Assembly (NCBI GenBank): GCA_963772255.1
Contig: CAVYWK010000021.1
Location: forward strand, 211,462-275,461
From: an uncultured Acidobacteriota bacterium
GTDB lineage: Bacteria > Acidobacteriota > UBA4820 > DSQY01
Reading direction: 5' to 3'
Length of the DNA: 64,000 bases
The first letter of the stretch is position 1. Every line of letters starts with the position of its first letter. Both the position numbers and the translations under genes were made by a program. The notes beneath the pieces are model-generated. The model ran no database searches and had not been told where the DNA came from. It saw nothing but the letters and a program-made list of their open reading frames with translations. Positions 22,627-33,153 of the stretch are shown piece by piece.

Positions 22627-22782
22627 CGGACTTGCCCGATGGCTTCTCTGGCGCCAAGTCGAGACACGTCGCCCGATGGACCGGCAAAGACCGCACCGGC
22701 GCATGGGCCAAGCCGCCTGCCCAGCGCTCCGGTTGAACCCGTCGGCTTTTCCCCCAACTCGCCCCAGGCTTTACAGAATCGC

Positions 22783-22812
22783 TTGACAGGTCTGCGGGGC
22801 GCGCCGCATACT
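22783..22812 (+). promoter_or_regulatory. Putative sigma70 promoter of gltA
   Basis: TTGACA-18-CATACT about 180 nt upstream of the ATG. Confidence 0.45.
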
Positions 22813-22991
22813 TTCCCCTAGTTTCGGGGGATACCTTCCTTCTGGCATTGGGTCCAAGGATGGGCGGCCCGCGCGAGGTTCGCTCTTCAGGCATCCTCCA
22901 AAATGGGTTCGCACCGCGGGTCGGCCGCGTGGCGAATGGGGAGGACCGGGGGCCGACTCCCCCGGGCGGTCGCAACATTTGGAGGTGTCGG

Positions 22992-24272
22992 ATGTCCAAG
23001 CTCAAAGAAACCCTTGCAAATCAAATCCCCGCCATGCGGAACGACATCAAGGCTTTCGTCAAGGAGCACGGCGCGAAGGTCATTGGCGAGCTCACCATCG
23101 GTGCCGCTTTCGGCGGCATGCGCGGGCTCAAGGCCATGGTCTGCGACACCTCCGAGGTGCCGCCGGATAAGGGTCTCATCATCCGCGGCATTCCCATCGC
23201 CGAGTTGACGGGCAAGCTGCCCGAAGAGATCTTCTGGCTCCTGTGCGTGGGCACGCTCCCCAACGCCGCCGAGCTCAAGGACCTCCAGGAGGACCTGAAA
23301 GCCCGCGCCAAGAAGATCCCCGCCTACGCATTCAGCGTCCTGGACGCCATGCCGAAGGACTCTCACCCCATGTGCCAGCTCGATACGGCCATCCTGGCGC
23401 TCGAGCGCGAGTCCGAGTTCCGCGCGCGCTACAGCGCAGGCATGAAGAAGGACGAGTACTGGGAGCCCATGCTCGAAGACTCCCTCAACATCCTGGCGTG
23501 GATGCCCGAGATCGCGGCCTACATCTACCGCAAGAGCTTCGACAAGGGCCCCCGCATTCCCGCGGATCCCAACCTCGACTGGGGCGGCAACTACGCTCAC
23601 ATGCTGGGCATTCCCGATCCCACGGGCGAGTTCAAGAACCTCATGCGCCTCTATCTGACCCTGCACAGCGACCACGAGGGCGGCAACGTTTCGGCCCACA
23701 CCTGCCATTGCGTCGGGTCGGCCCTCTCCGATGCCTACTACTCCGTCTCCGCGGGCCTCAACGGCCTGGCGGGCCCCCTGCACGGCCTCGCCAACCAGGA
23801 GTGCCTGGCGTGGATCCTGGAGACCATGGAGAAGTTCCACGGCGCTCCCTCAGAAGAAGACCTCTCCAAGTACGCCCAGGACACGCTGAATTCCGGGAAG
23901 GTGGTGCCCGGGTACGGCCACGCCGTGCTGCGCATCACGGACCCGCGCTTCGACGCCTTCCACGCCTTCGGCGCCAGGGTCTGCCCCGATGACCCGGCCT
24001 ACAAGACCATGGCCCGCGTCTTCACGGTGGTCCCCGAGGTCCTCAAGCAGGTCCAGAAGATCAAGGATCCCTGGCCGAACGTGGACGCCGCCTCCGGATG
24101 CCTCCTCTACCATTTCGGCATGAAGGAGTTCAGCTATTACACCGTGCTGTTCTCCGTGAGCCGCACCATGGGCATGGCCTCCCAGCTCGTGGTCGCCCGC
24201 GCATGGGGCGAGGCCATCGAGCGCCCCAAGTCCATGCCCACGGAGTGGTTCAAGAAGCAGGCAGCGAAGTAA
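22992..24272 (+). CDS. gltA: Citrate (Si)-synthase, eukaryotic/mitochondrial type
   Basis: GGMRGL, LHSDHEGGNVSAH, GLAGPLHGLANQE, PGYGHAVLR, WPNVDA, ERPKS; GGAGG SD. Confidence 0.92.
   Translation: MSKLKETLANQIPAMRNDIKAFVKEHGAKVIGELTIGAAFGGMRGLKAMVCDTSEVPPDKGLIIRGIPIAELTGKLPEEIFWLLCVGTLPNAAELKDLQEDLKARAKKIPAYAFSVLDAMPKDSHPMCQLDTAILALERESEFRARYSAGMKKDEYWEPMLEDSLNILAWMPEIAAYIYRKSFDKGPRIPADPNLDWGGNYAHMLGIPDPTGEFKNLMRLYLTLHSDHEGGNVSAHTCHCVGSALSDAYYSVSAGLNGLAGPLHGLANQECLAWILETMEKFHGAPSEEDLSKYAQDTLNSGKVVPGYGHAVLRITDPRFDAFHAFGARVCPDDPAYKTMARVFTVVPEVLKQVQKIKDPWPNVDAASGCLLYHFGMKEFSYYTVLFSVSRTMGMASQLVVARAWGEAIERPKSMPTEWFKKQAAK
24204..24271 (+). repeat. 68-bp gltA 3' end, copy 1 (copy 2 at 25384-25451)
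   Basis: Exact direct repeat TGGGGCGAGGCC...GCAGCGAAGTA. Confidence 0.95.
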
Positions 24273-24274
24273 TC

Positions 24275-24306
24275 GAGCCAACGAGTCAACGAGTCAACGA
24301 GTCAAC
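24275..24306 (+). repeat. 8-mer tandem repeat (GAGTCAAC)
   Basis: GAGCCAAC GAGTCAAC GAGTCAAC GAGTCAAC directly after the gltA stop. Confidence 0.85.
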
Positions 24307-24310
24307 ACAC

Positions 24311-24340
24311 GAAGGGCGGGACGAAAGTCCCGCCCTTTCT
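24311..24340 (+). terminator. Intrinsic terminator after gltA
   Basis: AAGGGCGGGAC-GAAA-GTCCCGCCCTT-TCT. Confidence 0.85.
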
Positions 24341-24406
24341 GCGTCAGGTTGTCCCGCAGGGGCCGGTGGGCCTATATTTTCTCCAAGTCATTCCCAGGAG
24401 GTCCCC

Positions 24407-24775
24407 ATTCGCTTCGCTTCCCTAACCTTCCTGCTGGTCGCGGTTCTCCTCGCCGCGGCGGCCTGCGCGACGCCCCGGCTCCAGGTGGCCGATCCATCCA
24501 CCCTTCTCCACGGAGATCTCTCCTTCCTTTCCGATGGGGCCACAACGCTGGAGGAGGTTCTGCTCAAACTGGGGGAACCCTCGGCGCGGTTCGAATGCGA
24601 CCGCATTCTGACCTATCCCATTCGCGCCGACGCCACCGGCGACTGGCACTTGGGGACGCTCCCTCCCGCTCCCTCCGGCGAATTCCGGGAGTGGTCCTCT
24701 GGCACAGGTAGCTTGGTCCTCGTCTTCGGGGCTGACGTCGTCCTCAAGCGCCATAGCCTAGTAGTGCCCAAATGA
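24407..24775 (+). CDS. Lipoprotein, SmpA/BamE-like
   Basis: Lipobox LAAAAC and GATTLEEVLLKLGEP. AGGAGG is followed by ATT rather than ATG. Confidence 0.6.
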   Translation: MRFASLTFLLVAVLLAAAACATPRLQVADPSTLLHGDLSFLSDGATTLEEVLLKLGEPSARFECDRILTYPIRADATGDWHLGTLPPAPSGEFREWSSGTGSLVLVFGADVVLKRHSLVVPK

Positions 24776-25224
24776 CAGGGTGCCGCTCCCTGGGCACGGC
24801 TGCCACCCTGGCTGCGCTGCTCCTCCTGCCCGCCTCCGGGTGCCTATGGATTCCGACTCCCGAGCACGGGCTACTAGAGGGACGAGGAGCCATCGGCCCC
24901 CAGGAGACTGCCCTTCTGCAGGAAGGGACCACCACCCGCGAAGAGGTACTGCTGAAGTTCGGGGAGCCCGACGCCCGCCGAGACAGCGATCGCGTATTCG
25001 CCTACCACTGGACCGTGGCCCACGGCTACATCGCCGTGGGCGCCTATTACTCGGGCACGGTTGCCCCGGTACGTAAACACTACCTCCTGATGCTGGCCTT
25101 TGACGACACGGGGACCCTGCTCCGGTGGGAACTCCTCGAGTGCGTTTTCGCATCGGCGGAGGGCCTCCTCGATAAGTGGGCAAGGGGATCCCCTCCGCCG
25201 CCCTCTCCACCTCCCCCGGGCTGA
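24772..25224 (+). CDS. Lipoprotein, SmpA/BamE-like (paralog of the upstream gene)
   Basis: Lipobox ASGC; GTTTREEVLLKFGEP; LxFDDxGxL; ATGA overlap. Confidence 0.7.
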   Translation: MTGCRSLGTAATLAALLLLPASGCLWIPTPEHGLLEGRGAIGPQETALLQEGTTTREEVLLKFGEPDARRDSDRVFAYHWTVAHGYIAVGAYYSGTVAPVRKHYLLMLAFDDTGTLLRWELLECVFASAEGLLDKWARGSPPPPSPPPPG

Positions 25225-25349
25225 GCTAAAATCGCACCGACGGCCCCGGCCAAGCGTCCGGGGCACCCTATTCCGAGCAGCCTCCGTCGCGGCCATTTCC
25301 CGTGTCAGATGGGCTCAAGGGAGATGGTCCAGCTCCGGCGGCGCCAGCC

Positions 25350-25452
25350 TCAGAACGCGTAACCGATGAAGAAATAGATCTGGTGGGGCGAGGCCATCGA
25401 GCGCCCCAAGTCCATGCCCACGGAGTGGTTCAAGAAGCAGGCAGCGAAGTAG
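25350..25452. repeat. Fused copy of the tamA 3' end (minus strand) and the gltA 3' end (plus strand)
   Basis: 25352-25391 matches 26396-26435 at 38/40; 25384-25451 is identical to 24204-24271. Confidence 0.92.
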
Positions 25453-25543
25453 TGGATGGTGGGATAGGGAGAGCGGGAGATGGGGAGGGAACCCTGAACT
25501 CCTCGCCCGCCGGTTCCTAATCCTTCCTCTTGCGACAAAGCAT

Positions 25544-25574
25544 AAGGGCGGGGCGGTTGCCCCGCCCTTTTTCT
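25544..25574. terminator. Terminator hairpin, possibly bidirectional
   Basis: AAGGGCGGGGC-GGTT-GCCCCGCCCTT-TTTCT. Confidence 0.8.
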
Positions 25575-25594
25575 GTTGGCGCTAACCGGCCCGT

Positions 25595-26167
25595 TCAGGC
25601 CGACGGGGGGTCGGCGTGCGGGATGGCGCTCAGATAGGCGTAAATGGCCTTGAGGTCCTTGTCGGTCAGCTTGCTGTAAGTGGGCCAGGGCATGACCTGC
25701 AAGAGTTGTCCGGGGTTGTCCGGATCGACGCCCGTCCGCATGACGCCGACGAACTCATCCAGCGTAAGATCCGCGGGCAGACCCGAGGTTGCATTGGGAG
25801 TGATGTTCCTGGAAACAAAGGGGCCGAACTGCTGCCCGCCTGCGAGGTAGTTGGTGGTGTTGATCTGCTCGGGTTGGCCTAAAAAGGGATTGCCGCCCGG
25901 CGCGTAAGAGGGCATGGAATGGCAGTCGTTGCAACCGCCCACGGCATTCACGAGGTAGCTGCCGTAGCCTACCCAGGCCCTGTCCTTCATCTGGTAGTTG
26001 AGGGCCACCGGGGCGATGGCCAGGCCCCGTTTTACGAGATGGTTGGGGAAAGCCAAGCCGTCCTCGTTCTTCCCGCCGCCGTCCTGGGCTGGAATTACAA
26101 GAGCGAAGGCCATCAGCATGACCGCGACGGCCGTCGCAAACACCACCGCCATAGACTTCTTGCTCAC
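25595..26167 (-). CDS. Periplasmic monoheme cytochrome c
   Basis: Signal peptide, CNDCH, NITP, distal MPW, DLKAIYAYL; AAGGAG SD before GTG. Confidence 0.85.
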   Translation of the reverse strand: MSKKSMAVVFATAVAVMLMAFALVIPAQDGGGKNEDGLAFPNHLVKRGLAIAPVALNYQMKDRAWVGYGSYLVNAVGGCNDCHSMPSYAPGGNPFLGQPEQINTTNYLAGGQQFGPFVSRNITPNATSGLPADLTLDEFVGVMRTGVDPDNPGQLLQVMPWPTYSKLTDKDLKAIYAYLSAIPHADPPSA

Positions 26168-26393
26168 GCTATCTCCTTTCCCAGATGACCCGTCCGACAC
26201 CCACGCCGGACCGGGGCCACCCGTTTCTTGCCGTCCGATGCTCCGGGTTGCCAGAACGTCCAAGACGACCCGTCCATTCCTCGGGAATGGGCGGCCTCCT
26301 TGGCGATCGGGTGAATGCGTGGGGGGTCACGGCGACAACCCCATGGAGCCGTTGGGCCGATCGGTGCACGCGAAAATGGTGGGCCTCGGCGCA

Positions 26394-28209
26394 CTAGAAC
26401 GCGTAGCCGATGAAGAAATAGATCTGGTAGGGCGACGGGTTCTTCGGATCCGCCCTCAGGCGCCAGGCCAGGTCCAACCCGATGGGTCCCACGGGCGTCT
26501 GGTACCGCACCCCCAATCCGGCCCCCGCGCGAAGTTCTTCGGACCTGATCTTGAAGGGTTTCGCGAAGGCGTTGCCCGCGTCGGCGAAGACCAGTCCCGT
26601 CAGTTCGCCTTTGAGGGGAAACCTCAGTTCGGTGGACGCTTCCAGAAGGCCGTCCCCGCCGACCAGGGCCCCGTTGGCATCCATGGGCCCCAGGCTGTTA
26701 TACGCATAGCCCCGGATGCTGTTGGCGCCGCCGGCGTAGAATCGCCGGGACAGTGGCACCTCGTCCCTGGACGCGCCGGCGTAGATGGCCCCCGCCTTGA
26801 GCCTGAACCCCAGCACCCAGCCTTGCCCCAAACTCACGAACTGCCGCCCCTCCAAGATCGATTTGGTAAAGAACGGGCCGCTGTGGTCCAACACCTGGGT
26901 GGGTTCGACATAGAGGTTCAGGATGGTCCCGCGGGTGGGGTTGAGGGGCTCGTCGGTGGATCGGTACATGACTCCCACGGCCACGGAGGCCATGGTGGCG
27001 ATGTCCCGGGCCCCGTTGTCGATGGCGTCTTCGAGGGCCTGGTCCGGAGTGAATTGGAGCACCCGCTCCAGAACGAGAAAGGAGCTCCCCTGCAGGTGCG
27101 GCGTGAACTGCCGCTGGAGACCCGCTTGGGCCTTCAGGTAGCCGTAGCGGAAGTCCGCTTCCACCCTCTGGCCGAAAGTCAGATCGGCCAGGCCGGTCGT
27201 CTTTCTATCCCAAAGATAGGGGCGGCGCAGGTAGGTCTGAAGTCGGCTGTCGATGGCCGACCCCTTGGCTTCGGCGCCCACCTAGCAGTGTGTGGTTGGC
27301 GAAGCGCAGGGTCTCCCATCGCACCAGGCCCCGGATTCGGTCCTCCGACCCATAACCCAGGCCCAGTCTTATGCGGTGAAGTTTCCCCTCCCTCAGTCTC
27401 ACGCGGACATCCACCGTCCCTGGACCTGAGCCGGGTTGGTTCACGAACGTCACCGCATCGAAGAGCCCCAGCTTGTAAAGCGCGTCCCTGCTCTCCTCCA
27501 CCTTGGATTGGCGGTAGAGATCCCCAGGGGCAAAGGCGAGCGCCCGCCGCAAGACGCGCTCCTCGGAGAGCTTCATACCCAGGAAGGTAATGGTGCCCAC
27601 CGTGCAGCGCTCACCAGGCTTGACGGTGTAGCTCGCTGCAGCGGTATGGTCCGCCAAGTCCACGACGGCTTCGGGAATCACCTCGGCAAAGGGTCGTCCG
27701 TCCTCCCGAAGACGGAACAGGATCAGGGTGGCCGATGCTTCGTAGTCGTCCGCCGAAAAAACGGCCCCTTTTTTGAGGGGGAGGTCCTTGGCGAGGGCGG
27801 TCCGATCGATCTCATCGGGCGGCTCTCCCTCTCGCGCGCGAACGGACACGGACGCCACGCGGCACGGCGAGCCCTCCGACACGCGCAAAATGGCTGGCTC
27901 CGCGCCGCTGGGCGGAAGGATCTCGGTGGTCGCCTCAAAGTACCCCTGGCGCTGGTAGAAGAGACGCACGGCCTCGGCCTTGGCGTCCAGGTCCCGGCGT
28001 TCGGCTCTGGGCTTGCGCCCGAGGGTCTTGTCGAGGAGGGAACGATCCACCCCCGCGGCTTCAAACACTTGCGCTTGAGGAAATGCCGAAACGCCTTCAA
28101 GGCGAAGGGGAACGAGGTCCTTGGGGGGGCTCTTGGGCGCGGCGACGGACCGGGTGGACACGATCAGCGATCCCGTGAGCACCAGGGCGAGAAGGGCACG
28201 GCGGGACAT
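26394..28209 (-). CDS. tamA: TamA/Omp85-family outer membrane protein (frameshift near 27280)
   Basis: POTRA domains, RFYAGGANSIRGY, TPVGPIGLD, C-terminal F. Confidence 0.88.
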
Positions 28210-31200
28210 CAGTACCGCCGTTCCCAGAAGAGGTCGATGCCCGTGGTGCCCTTGCTGTTGCTGCCCGTCTGGACGCTCCAGTTCTTGTCGATGCGGTACC
28301 GCAGGTTGACCCACCACTCGGGGAGGGCGCCGAAGGTCTGCTGGTATTCCAAGATGGCCTTGTCCCCCAAGTACTTGCTGAATCCCAATTGGGAATTCGC
28401 CCCCACCCCCACCACCACGGAATCGAGCCCCAGCGCCTCCTTGGCCGACTCCACCAGGGGTGAACTCCCGTAGAGGGTCACGGCCCCTGCTGCCGCCGAG
28501 TACTGCGCGCTGTCCCCCGAGCCCATCTCGTTGGCCCGGTGTCCCAGAACGAGCACGGAGAGGATGTCGGCCTGGTCCATGGGCGGCCGCGACGTGAGGC
28601 TGAGTTCGGGCTTGCTCGCCCGCCCCGTGAGGTGGACCTCCACATCCGTGTCCCGGGTCTGGTAGAGGGCCTTCACGTTGAGATAGGGCGTCAGGTCCGT
28701 GCCCCCGTCAAAGGAAACGCGGGATTCCTGAAGCTCGAATTTCTTGCCCTGGAAGAGGAATCGGCCCTGGAGTACCTCGAGGCTTCCCTCCAAGGTCGGC
28801 CCCCGTTCCGTGAAGCGGGCGGTGAGCGCACCGGAAAGCTCCGCCAGGAGGTTTCGGCTACTGATCCAGAGGCCTCCTTCGCTCCGAAGCTGGACTTTAC
28901 CTCGGAGGGGACCGATGACGGACGCCTCTGCGTCTTCCGTCGGAGCATAAGGGGAACCGGGCGGGGCGTTGATGAACCGGACCGTATCGGGCAGGGGTTT
29001 TCGCCGTTCCAGCTCGGGAAGCTGGATGCGGCCCTTGGTCAATGTTGCGCTCCCCTCCAAAACCGGCCGGGCGAGGGTCCCCGAGAGGGTGGCCTTGAAG
29101 TCGGCCACTCCGTCCATGTCCCGTCCGACGACGAAGGGAATCGCGTGACCCTCCGCGACGAACCGGTACTCCTCGGGCCAGAACCCTTTGAATCGTACGA
29201 ATCCGCTCCCCGTCGCCTCACCGCCCTTGGGTGTGGTGGCCCGGGCCTTCTCCACCACGAGGCGATCGCCCTCGGCCCTGAAGGAGGCGGTGATGGGGGT
29301 GATGACCTGGTCGCTGTTGACATAGCGGTAGAGCCCCTCCGCCAGAGTTCCGCCGCCGTGGAGAACCGGGGCGCTCACCTGCCCCGACCAGGTGAGATCG
29401 GCGTCCAGGAACCCCGCCACCGTCCCCACCGTGGAGGGAATGGGGAAGAGCGCCAGGGGGAAGTGCTTGGCCGTGAGGGTTCCCGCCAGCGGGGCCGAGC
29501 TGAGAGGTCCCTCCAGACCCAACTGACCCGAGGTGCTGACTCGGCTCTCCTTTTTGACCAGCGTGAACCCGGACCAGGCCACGGCCTTCGAGTTCCAGGT
29601 GAGTCGTGCCTGGCCCTCCTGGGTGAAGGTCCTGCCGAGAGCCTCCAGCTTCACCCCCTCCACCTCGAGGTCGAGGCCTCCGGGTCCCCACCCGCCCCTC
29701 GCCTGCAGGGCCACGCGCCGGTCCGCGCCGGCCTCCATCTCCAGTGCGCCTTGGACGGCCGACGGCTTCCCGCGAAGCGTGAGCTTCCCCGTCCCCCAAA
29801 GGTGGCCCTGGTGCGAGACCCCGGTCCAGGCCAAGACAAGGTCACTGCCGGGGCCCTCCGGGTTCCACCGGCCGCGAATTTCCACCCGGTCCAGCGCGAA
29901 CCCGCCCCACGCCGCCGCGGAGAGGGTGGCTTGCCCTTCAGCGGCGAGGGCTCCCAGGCGTCCCGTGATCTGGACCGAGGACCTCAGAGCCCCCGAGGGC
30001 AGCCCTTCACCCAAGAGGGGGCGCAGGCTGGACAGGTTTTCCACCTCCAGGTCCAGTGGGCCTTCTACTCTGCCGTCGCGGTGAAAGGTCCCGGCCAGGC
30101 GGGCCGTTCCCGCGCTCGTATCGAGCGCCACGGGATCCAAAACGACGGCTTCCGGCGAAAAGCGGACGCGGGCACGCAGGGGATGTAAGGCGATTCCGGC
30201 CCAGCGGCTCTCGTTCAAGGCCAGGTCCAGGGTCCCCGATGAAGTTCCCTCGACGGTGTAGCGGGCTTCTCCTCCCAAGGTTCCAGGCTTGCCAGGAAGC
30301 AGGCCCCAGGCCGATGGGTCCACCCCATCAAACCGGATGGTGCACCCAGGGAAGTGAGTGCTCATGGGTCCCAGGGCGACATCCCACCGTCCGCCCACCG
30401 CGTCGGCGCCCTTCGCTTGGATGGAGAAGGTCGCGCCCTCGCCCCAGGCGGCGAAGTGCTCCATGGGCCACGGGCCCTCGGGCGGACGAATGGGGGCGGG
30501 CAGGGGTACATCCACGCCCAGGGCATGGAGTAGGTCGAACACTTGCACCCGGGGACCCGACGCCTCCGTGCGCCAGCCCCCGCGGCCCAGGTCCACTCGG
30601 ACCGAGCCTCTGCATGGTCCTGACAGGGGGGCGTTCCAATCGCCCGAAGCCTCCAGGCGCTCGCCTGACCCCGACCCGGCGAGCGCGGCCGAGTCTACAG
30701 GGAGGCCCCACACCGTGGATCGAGCGAGGCGGGCTTTCGCCTCCCATCGTTGCAAGGCGCCCCGCCGCACCTGGACTCCCCAGGTTCCCTCGCCCGACAC
30801 TTGGGTCTCGCGGCCCCTGGGCGCGGCCCAAAAGGGGGCGAGGTCGGCGCCCGTCGTGCGGCAATCGCCGGTTAGGTCAAGCCCCTCGGGGAGAAACTCC
30901 GCCTTCCCTTTCGAAGACACGGGACCCAATCCGGCGGCATGCATATCCGCTTGGTAGGCCAGCGAGCGTAGGTCTCCTTCCACCTGGACAGAGCCGTTGA
31001 GCTGCAGATCCGGCGCGCCCGTCCATGTGGAGCTGACCTCTCGGAGGGCCAGGGGCGCCAGCTGAACGGAGGCGTGGTACCGCGGGACCTGTCTCCCCAC
31101 CCATCCATGCCCCGCGGGCCTTCACGCGGGAGCGTGGCGAGGCGACCGCCAGGTCGAAGCGGAGGTCCCCGGACTGCGCGATATCAAGGGTTCCGGAGGC

Positions 31201-31788
31201 GTTCAGGGGTGTGGGAAAGGGCGCCGGCGCCGTCAGCGCAATGGTTTCCAAGTGCACGGAAAGGCGCCCCATGAACCAGGAGCAGTCGCTCTTGGCGTCC
31301 ACGCCCGACCAAATCACGGAGGAATGTTCGGTCCCGTCCTCCCGGTTCAGCACGAACGCGCCTCCCGAGATCACGACCTTGGGTGCGGAAACCCTCAGCC
31401 AGGAGGGAAGCGGTGCCGAAGCTCCTTGCGGACGCCCATCTTTCGTCGACAGGAGTTCCACGCGGGGCTCCACGATCCGGAGATCTTTAAGGAGTAGGGT
31501 CCCGGCGAGAAGAGCGGTGCGGGAGAGCCTCAGGTGGATGCGGCGGGCGGTGAATTTCAGGTTCGGAGGTACGTCGAGGCGAACGCCCTCCAGGTCCAGG
31601 CCTCCCGCGAGGGAGCCCGTCCTTGACGCTACGGTGAACGTTCCTCCGCTGCGTGTCAGGGCTTTTGACAAGTACCTCTCCGCCACGCGTTCCGAAAGAG
31701 GGGTGTGCAAGACGAGGGTCATCAGCGCCGCCACCACCAGGACGAGCGCCAGAAGACTCCAGAGGATCAACCGTCTGAACCGCCTCAT
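28209..31788 (-). CDS. tamB: TamB/AsmA-like (DUF490) protein (frameshift near 31100)
   Basis: N-terminal TM; C-terminal DUF490 (LTSRPPMDQADILSVL...GIDLFWERRY); adjacent to tamA. Confidence 0.85.
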
Positions 31789-31920
31789 CGCCCCCCTTTC
31801 GCGCGCCCATGGACACCGGCGCGAGCGTCTTTACCACTTTAACTCAACCCGCGCATCAGAAGCGCCCGTAATTACTACGCGGCCCACCCTTGGAGTATGC
31901 TCTCTGCCTGGAGCCGGCGC

Positions 31921-32331
31921 ATGGATCAGGAGTGCATTTCCCGAGAGATTCTGGAGGCCCTGAACGACCTGGCGAGTGGCCGCATCCACCGTTCACGTCA
32001 CGACTTGGTGTTGGACGGCCGCGACTGCACCATGGCATTCGAAGCGGCCCTGCAGGACGCTGGATTTGTCCAGGTCCGCGTGCGAGATCTCGACCTCCCC
32101 ACCGGGAAGCGCTTCCCGGCTTTCTTGCTCCGGAACGGCGTGGCCCATTTCGGACACGCCTTCAGGGAGAAGTTCACCGAGGCCGAGGACCGGGTTCTCT
32201 TCGGCTCCGTGGTCCGCGACTGGCGCGGGGACTGGGAGATCATGCTCACCCGGCGAAGCGCCGAGTGGATTTGGGTCCATCTTGCGAAGGGTTCGCCCTT
32301 CGACGACGAGAGGCCCTCGGGGGGGATGTAG
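31921..32331 (+). CDS. Hypothetical protein
   Basis: GGAG SD, typical codon usage, fills the gap between genes; no recognised motif. Confidence 0.55.
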   Translation: MDQECISREILEALNDLASGRIHRSRHDLVLDGRDCTMAFEAALQDAGFVQVRVRDLDLPTGKRFPAFLLRNGVAHFGHAFREKFTEAEDRVLFGSVVRDWRGDWEIMLTRRSAEWIWVHLAKGSPFDDERPSGGM

Positions 32332-32336
32332 AGAAT

Positions 32337-32367
32337 GAGCCGGAGAGCCGGAGAGCCGGAGAGCCGG
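32337..32367 (+). repeat. 8-mer tandem repeat (GAGAGCCG)
   Basis: GAGCCG GAGAGCCG GAGAGCCG GAGAGCCG after the stop codon. Confidence 0.85.
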
Positions 32368-32420
32368 GGCGAAAGAAGAAGCAAGAACCAAGGACAAGGC
32401 CCAGAATAAGGGCGAAGGTC

Positions 32421-33125
32421 ATGAAAAAGGCAAAAGACATACCGGGCGAGTCGAAGTGGCCCAGGCCGGAGGCGCCCATGACGGCGCGGACGCTCTCCGG
32501 TTTCCTGACGACGGTGCGGGCCTGGAAGCAGGGACGAGTCGAACCGGTGGTGGGGCGGATCAAGGAGGACCAGGCCGATCCCTTCGCGGTGCTCGTGGCC
32601 ACGGTGCTCTCCCTGCGAACCCGCGACGCGGTCACCGAGGTCGCCTTCGAGCGACTGTGGCCGAGGGCCTCCACGCCGCGCCATCTCCTGGAACTGCCGC
32701 TGAAGGACCTGGAGGAGGCCATCCGCCCCGTGGGCTTTTACAAGACCAAGGCCCGCGCGCTGCATGCCATCGCCGCGCAGCTTCTGGCGCGCCACGGCGG
32801 CGCGGTGCCCGCCGACCTAGAGGCGCTGCTCGCCCTGCCCGGCGTGGGACGCAAGACGGCCAACCTCGTGCTGACGGAGGGGTTTGGCAAGGAGGGCATC
32901 TGCGTGGACACCCACGTCCACCGGATTCTCAACTGGTGGGGATTCGTGGAGACGAAAACCCCCGAAGAAACGGAAATGGTCCTGAGGGAGACCCTTCCGC
33001 GTCCGTGGTGGATCCCCGTGAACGGCCTGCTCGTCTCCTTCGGTCAAACGACGTGCAAACCCGTGGGGCCCAGGTGCGCCGATTGTCCGTTGAGACCCCG
33101 GTGTCCTTACCCCGGGAAGAGATAA
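32421..33125 (+). CDS. nth: Endonuclease III (HhH-GPD, 4Fe-4S)
   Basis: LPGVGRKTAN, VDTHVHR, C-x6-C-x2-C-x5-C. Confidence 0.9.
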   Translation: MKKAKDIPGESKWPRPEAPMTARTLSGFLTTVRAWKQGRVEPVVGRIKEDQADPFAVLVATVLSLRTRDAVTEVAFERLWPRASTPRHLLELPLKDLEEAIRPVGFYKTKARALHAIAAQLLARHGGAVPADLEALLALPGVGRKTANLVLTEGFGKEGICVDTHVHRILNWWGFVETKTPEETEMVLRETLPRPWWIPVNGLLVSFGQTTCKPVGPRCADCPLRPRCPYPGKR

Positions 33126-33153
33126 GGCGTGAGGGTTGCCCCAGCCGAGGCTT

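Noticed and set aside
24204-25451. Integrase-driven island with attL/attR
   Set aside because: No integrase or tRNA is present, and the segment also carries a tamA-end copy. It is reported as stacked alleles instead.
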